Source: Candidatus Tepidifontimicrobium thermophilum (lineage in GTDB: Bacteria; Sysuimicrobiota; Sysuimicrobiia; Sysuimicrobiales; Sysuimicrobiaceae). From it: 64,000 bases of DNA. The notes below the pieces were generated by a model. That model had not been told where the DNA came from. It saw only the letters and a list, made by a program, of their open reading frames with translations, and did not search any database. The position numbers were made by a program, and so were the translations under genes. The DNA is taken from NCBI GenBank assembly GCA_031459915.1, contig JAVKHO010000014.1:1-64000 (forward strand). Direction: 5' to 3'. Below are positions 59,249-64,000 of the stretch, piece after piece (the stretch's first letter is position 1; each line of letters opens with the position of its first letter).

Positions 59249-61197
59249 ACCCGGTCGGGCTCCGCCCGTTCGTCTCCTGGCCCGCACACCCGCTCCAGAG
59301 CCTCCAGCTGGGACGGTGTCCCCATGGCCACCACCCGGTCCCCCGGCCGCAGCACCTCGTGCGGACCCGGGTTCACCACCTGCCGTCCGTCCGCGCGGCG
59401 CAGCGCCGCCAACACGCTGCCGGTACGCTCTGTGAGCCGCGCCTCCCGCAGGGACCGGCCCACCAGTCGCGGGCTCCTCACCACCACCTCCCGCGCCTCC
59501 AGTCCCTCCGGGACCCCCTCTGACCGCAGCGCCTCGGGCCAGTGGGCCCGGGCGCGCTTGAGGTACGCCCGCCCCGCCTCGTGCGGGACGCCCAGCCAGT
59601 CCAGGCTGTGGCGCACCATGGTCAGCGCCGCCTCTACCTCCGGCTGAACCACCTCGCTGGCGCCAGCTTCCAGCAGGAGTCCCCGCACGGTGGCGTGGTG
59701 CGCCCTCGCGACCACCGGGACCTGGGGGTTTGACTGCCGTACCGCCCGGACGCAGCGCGCTGCGGCGCCTGCGTCCGGCACCGCGACCACGACGATTCGG
59801 GCGTGCCGCACGCCCGCCCGCTCCAGCGCCCGGGAGCCACCCACGTCTCCGAACACTCCCACTGCCCCGCGTGCCCGCGCTGCCTGCAACGCCTCTGGGT
59901 CCAGGTCCACCACCGCGTATCGGATCCCGAAAGCGTCCAGGGCGTCCGCCAGCTCGCGGCCCACCCTCCCGAAACCGCAGATCACCGCGTGCCCCGACAG
60001 CTCCGGCGGGGCCGGGCTCGCCCTCTCCCCTTCCCCGGTGTCCCGCTCCCGCCGCAGCCAGGAGTCCAGCCAGCGGGGCCGTCCGCGGAACACGACTGCG
60101 TTGACCAGGATGGTCAGGAGGGAGGCAGCGAGGACCGACTGGTACGCCGCGTCGTCCACGATGCCGAGCCCGCGGGCGGTGCCCGCGATCAGGTACGAGA
60201 ACTCGCCCATCTGCCCCAGGCCCAGGCCGAACAGTGCCGCCACCCGCCACGGGTACCCGAACGCGCGCGCCACCGAGGTCCACACGACGGTGCTGCCCAC
60301 CACGACCACAGCGGCCACACCGAGCACCTCCGGGAGCTGCGTTGCCAGTACGTCCGGGCGCAGCAGCATCCCCACGGACACGAAGAACAGGGCCACGAAC
60401 ACGTCCCGGAGGGGCAGGACCCGCGCCAGGGCCTCGTGGGCGAACTCCGACTCGCTGACCACTAGACCCGCCAGGAAGGCGCCGAGGGCGGGCGACAGGC
60501 CGAGGCCAGACGCCAGGGCCCCGGTCCCGATCGCCAGGGCGACCGCGGTCACGAGGAACAGCTCCATGCTGCGGGTACGCGCCACCCGCGCCAGCAACCC
60601 GGGCACGAGCCGCCGGGCCAGCCACAGAAGGGGAGCCAGCACGGCGGCCGCCTGCAAAAGCCCCCGCACCGCGGCTGCGGAAAAGGCCTGGCCCGGCCGA
60701 AGGGCGGGCAGTAGAGCGATGAGCAAGACCGCGAGCAGGTCCTGCGCGAGGCTGACGCCCACCAGGAGCCGCCCGTGGGCGGAACCCAGTTCGTGCCGGT
60801 CCTCCAGGGACTTGAACAGCACCGCGGTGCTGGCCACGCTGATGGCGGCCCCCACCGCCACCGCCTCTGGGAGGGTCCAGCCCGTCACCGTGCCAAAGCC
60901 TACTGCCAACACTGTCACCCCGGCCATCCCGAGCGGGGTCCCGTACAGGGCCAGTCTCCGCACCCGCTGCAGGTCCGACAGCGAGAACTCCACCCCGGCG
61001 GTGAAGAGGAGCAGCACCACGCCGACCTGCGCGAACAGCTCCGACCCACGGAGCCCTCCGGTGGCCGCGCCCACCGCCAGGCCGGCCAGCACGTAGCCCA
61101 CCAGGGGCGGCTGGCGCAGGGTGTGGGCGGCCATGCCACCGGCCACCGCCGCCAGGAGCAACACGCCGAGTTCTGCCAGAAAAGACGGAGTGCTCAC
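59245..61197 (-). CDS. CPA2 cation:proton antiporter (Kef/YbaL-like) with TrkA-N and TrkA-C domains
   Basis: GVVLLLF..GVE, STA, QD, LGAFLAG, FFVSVG, GEFS, CGFGRVG, GD. Confidence 0.92.
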   Translation of the reverse strand: MSTPSFLAELGVLLLAAVAGGMAAHTLRQPPLVGYVLAGLAVGAATGGLRGSELFAQVGVVLLLFTAGVEFSLSDLQRVRRLALYGTPLGMAGVTVLAVGFGTVTGWTLPEAVAVGAAISVASTAVLFKSLEDRHELGSAHGRLLVGVSLAQDLLAVLLIALLPALRPGQAFSAAAVRGLLQAAAVLAPLLWLARRLVPGLLARVARTRSMELFLVTAVALAIGTGALASGLGLSPALGAFLAGLVVSESEFAHEALARVLPLRDVFVALFFVSVGMLLRPDVLATQLPEVLGVAAVVVVGSTVVWTSVARAFGYPWRVAALFGLGLGQMGEFSYLIAGTARGLGIVDDAAYQSVLAASLLTILVNAVVFRGRPRWLDSWLRRERDTGEGERASPAPPELSGHAVICGFGRVGRELADALDAFGIRYAVVDLDPEALQAARARGAVGVFGDVGGSRALERAGVRHARIVVVAVPDAGAAARCVRAVRQSNPQVPVVARAHHATVRGLLLEAGASEVVQPEVEAALTMVRHSLDWLGVPHEAGRAYLKRARAHWPEALRSEGVPEGLEAREVVVRSPRLVGRSLREARLTERTGSVLAALRRADGRQVVNPGPHEVLRPGDRVVAMGTPSQLEALERVCGPGDERAEPDRV

Positions 61198-61257
61198 GAT
61201 ATGGCCCCGGACCGCTCCAGCTCCCCTGGGAACCTCACGGCCTGTGCGAACGAGATG

Positions 61258-61989
61258 CTACCGTTCCAGGCGTGCCCACCGGTACGTGAGGGCGCCCGTG
61301 TACGCGGGCAGCCGCAGGTCTTCCCGGCGCCGGACCCGCACGTCCACCCCCACTGCCCGGAGCCCTTCCACGAAGCCACCCCGCGCCCGCAGGCTGGCCT
61401 CCATGGCGTCTGCGGGTCCGATGGCCGCCACCACGTAAGGTGGACGTACCACTGCCCCGTCCACCACGATCCGCCGGCCCGACTGCCTGTAGGCGGACCG
61501 GCTCAGCACCCGCCGGCCGTTTACCGCCACCGCCTCGGCCCCGGCTCCCCACAGCTCGTTCACCAAGCCGGCCAAGTCCAGAGCCTGCACCTCCGCGGGT
61601 ACGGGCAGCTGCGGGGCGGCGCCGGGGACGAGCACCACCTCGATCCCGGGACCCCGCACGGGCTCCAGCCCCAGAACCATCCGGTACAGGCGGATTTCCT
61701 CCAGCAGAGCCTGCGTGAGGGTCCTCCCCTGCTCGGTCAGCCGTTCGTACTCCGCCAGACGGGACCGCAGGCGGGCCAGCTCCGCCTCCAGGACGGCCCG
61801 GTTCGCTTCCGCGCGGGCCACCAGGGCCGCCAGCTCCTCGGCCCGCTGGACCGGGGGTGCAGGCGGCCGTACCTGCACGGCGCTGCGGGCGTGGACCACC
61901 ACCGCGAAGCCCACCAGCGCCGCCACCGCCGCCAGGAGGCCGGGCACGGGGTCCAGGGGGTTCCGATGGCCGCCCGCAGAGTCCCTCAC
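61258..61989 (-). CDS. DUF881-family protein
   Basis: TM segment, coiled coil, G...V.GPG, VNELW.AGAEAVAVNG, PPY...AIG. Confidence 0.85.
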   Translation of the reverse strand: MRDSAGGHRNPLDPVPGLLAAVAALVGFAVVVHARSAVQVRPPAPPVQRAEELAALVARAEANRAVLEAELARLRSRLAEYERLTEQGRTLTQALLEEIRLYRMVLGLEPVRGPGIEVVLVPGAAPQLPVPAEVQALDLAGLVNELWGAGAEAVAVNGRRVLSRSAYRQSGRRIVVDGAVVRPPYVVAAIGPADAMEASLRARGGFVEGLRAVGVDVRVRRREDLRLPAYTGALTYRWARLER

Positions 61990-62014
61990 GGCCCCAGGCT
62001 ACCACGGGCCGGGG

Positions 62015-62041
62015 TTAGCACTCTGCACCTGCGAGTGCTAA
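62015..62041 (+). promoter_or_regulatory. CIRCE element (HrcA operator)
   Basis: Perfect TTAGCACTC-N9-GAGTGCTAA; overlaps TGcTAAAAT -10 (62036-62044). Confidence 0.97.
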
Positions 62042-62074
62042 AATTGGGGGCGATCCAGTCCAAAACCCATGTAA

Positions 62075-63715
<1,641 letters not shown>

Positions 63716-63734
63716 CCCGCACCCCGGGGATCGT

Positions 63735-63773
63735 CCGCGGGGTCGGAGCGGTGCTCCGGCCCCGCGGTTTTTT
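63735..63773 (+). terminator. Intrinsic terminator of groL
   Basis: CCGCGGGGTCGGAGC/GCTCCGGCCCCGCGG stem plus T6. Confidence 0.9.
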
Positions 63774-64000
63774 CACAAGAGCTTCCCCGGGTTCAGGATC
63801 CCCTTCGGGTCCAGCGCCTGCTTGATCCCCCGCAGCACGTCCAGCCCCGTCCCCAGGGCCTCGGGCACCAGGTGGCGGAGCTTGACCCCTGCGCCGTGGC
63901 AGTACTCGAGCCCGCCCCCCGCGCGTAACGCGCGGCGCAGGAGCCAGTCGCTCACCTCCGCGAGGCGGCGCCGATCAGCTTCCGCCGCGGGGTCGCCGTC
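63773..64000 (-). CDS. FAD-linked oxidase (GlcD/ADHAPS-like), C-terminal end only
   Basis: HGAG..K, IKQALDP.GILNPGK C-terminus. Confidence 0.8.
   Translation of the reverse strand, partial: DGDPAAEADRRRLAEVSDWLLRRALRAGGGLEYCHGAGVKLRHLVPEALGTGLDVLRGIKQALDPKGILNPGKLL

Overview
High-GC bacterial chromosome segment. A T-box, GlpP and CIRCE suggest a Terrabacteria lineage (inference; exact taxon not determinable). In order: the 3' end of a DAHP synthase gene; a Leu T-box-led branched-chain amino acid operon (ilvB-ilvH-ilvC-leuA-leuC-leuD-cimA, a 38-aa ORF, leuB, a sugar-type ABC importer, ilvD); a GT4/(alpha/alpha)-barrel/GT4/GH130 glycan cluster; a probable chromosomal dif site at 20322-20349; a GlpP-controlled glycerol/glycerophosphate operon; maeB; an atypical EF-P paralog; a peptide ABC importer with a creatininase-family gene; assorted metabolic genes; a type IV pilin; a ~7-kb copper/redox operon (SCO, PCuAC, VKOR-Trx, three CopC variants, cytochromes c, CopCD fusion) headed by a His-rich uORF ending in PxxPPPR; rplM-rpsI; a Kef-type antiporter; DUF881; and CIRCE-controlled groL. 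Best leads: the candidate copper-sensing stalling uORF, the EF-P paralog lacking the PGKG/PGRG tip, an unidentified structured RNA in tandem with the T-box, a small ORF coupled to leuB, and an Fe3+/Afu-type ABC transporter placed under GlpP control. No tRNA, rRNA, CRISPR array or transposase was seen. All family calls come from motif recognition, not database searches.
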